Shown here one piece after another: positions 62,531 to 64,000 of a DNA stretch of 64,000 nt (positions within the stretch are counted from its first letter, which is position 1; the number at the start of each line of letters is the position of its first letter). The notes under the pieces are model-generated. The model was not told the origin of the DNA. It worked only from the letters and a program-made list of their open reading frames with translations, and made no database searches. This DNA comes from Geosiphon pyriformis uo1 (taxonomy: Eukaryota > Fungi > Glomeromycota): the NCBI GenBank assembly GCA_016748015.1, contig JAAOMT010000295.1, positions 248,001 through 312,000 of the forward strand, read 5' to 3'. The position numbers were made by a program, and so were the translations under genes.

Positions 62531-64000
62531 AATTATTAATATTGATCTTTATTTATATCGCCTAATACTGTTCCTCTGAACAATTCTTTTGAAAATATCC
62601 CAAGTTTACCAATTCCTAATAATTATGGCATAAGATATTTATGATCCTGAAGTAGTGCGATCCAATCTTTAGATTAAATAATCTGTTTATATTATCGATT
62701 TCGATACTGAAATTTAAGGATTGGTTAGGTTCAAACTGAATAGACGCACTACCGAGATCAATCCACCTTGCTTTAATGTGTAAATTTCAAGTATTATCTA
62801 ATGCCAAAATATTTTTGTTAAAAGTATCTATCATTGAGTGTTAAGAAAAATAGTTTCAGTTAAAAGCAGTTTTGTATTATTTACAATCAAAAAAATTTCT
62901 TGTTTAATAAAAAATAACAACTTAACAAAACTAAAGTATTTCGACCAAACACCACACTTTTTACCAAATTTACTATCTTAGTCTTAACCAATTTGGCCAC
63001 TTTAATCAATTTTATAGTTTTATTAAATCATTTCTTAAAAACAATACTCTTAACAAAGACTATTATTGGCCTAAGTAATAATGTTTCTAAATTTGGATTT
63101 ATTAGCATTTATTTTATTTAACCAATGTCAAATGTCATAATATTTACTTACAATTCCAGCTTTTTTGTTAATATTTACATATATAAAGACATAATTTAAT
63201 AAATTCATCTTATTACATTTTAAGCATATAATATTGAAGTAATTTTTATTATACAACAATATTTTTATAACATATATGTAAATTTTAACAGTTATTTTAT
63301 TTGTTAATTGAAAATTAAGATACCAAATTATATTGTTTTTTTATTTAAAATGTTTATTTAAGCATAAATATTTTTACATTATTTTTTATTAATCAAATTT
63401 TTTAAATTATTAATTATAATTGTATATTTACAGTTATTAATATTATTAATTAATTTATTTGTTTTTAATTTTAATTTTTTTATTAATACATATTTTTAAA
63501 GTTTAATTTATTAGTATTTAAAATTATTTATTTATTTATTTAAATATTATAAATATTTTTTAATTATAAATTTTTTTAATTTAGTTAAAATAAATAATAT
63601 ATATATTATTTATTTTTATATTAATTATTTGGTTTAATATTTTAATTTTTTTTTTACTTTAATAAAATATGATTTAATTACTATTTAATATAATATAATT
63701 ATAACAAATTTTAAATTAAATATAATTTATGTGTTTTTTACATATAACCAATTATTTAAGCCAGCTAAAACTAAATTATATTAAATTTATAAAAGCAAAC
63801 TTATTGAAAACAATTACTTATTATTATTAATATTATTATTTAATAAGTGTAATTCTAATATAAAAAAACAAACCAAGTAATATTAAATAAATATAATTCA
63901 TGTATTTATTATATATAACTAGTTACTTAAGCTAATTAAAACAATACTATATACCAACACAAATCTCTACACTATTTTTTACACCCAAAAATAATAAACA

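Noticed and set aside
19900-62600. U12-type (minor) introns, which occur in Glomeromycota
   Set aside because: I found no intron starting RTATCCT; matches such as 20902 fall within exons or intergenic DNA.

Overview
Eukaryotic, intron-rich fungal DNA. The gene set, short GT-AG introns and transposon families suggest Glomeromycota (the Gypsy and LINE peptides recall Geosiphon pyriformis proteins; this is recollection, not a search result). The window alternates between two compact gene islands with normal CpG content and three extremely AT-rich, CpG-depleted repeat blocks. Island 1 (~19.9-37.1 kb): LAMTOR4-like, NUF2, CPT1/EPT1-like, UVE1, ZIM17, PIG-X/PBN1-like, CMS1, an orphan ORF, GSKIP-like and CK2-alpha. 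Island 2 (~55.0-62.5 kb): CTNNBL1, a PA-TM-RING E3 ligase and cytochrome b5. The repeat blocks (1-19.6 kb, 37.6-54.7 kb, 62.8 kb to end) hold LINEs with RNase H, a hAT relic and nested Ty3/Gypsy elements. The main leads are: (1) a repeat-restricted, transition-only C-to-T hypermutation that fades inside one LINE as it reaches the gene island and spares TCG contexts; (2) Gypsy 4-bp target duplications that all fit a CpG-centred site; (3) a non-autonomous tandem LTR element that keeps an open extra ORF in the env position; (4) a Gypsy lineage with a Cys-rich domain and a dUTPase after the protease. An 838-nt N gap lies at 11765-12602. Boundaries of degraded repeats are approximate, and all counts were made by eye.
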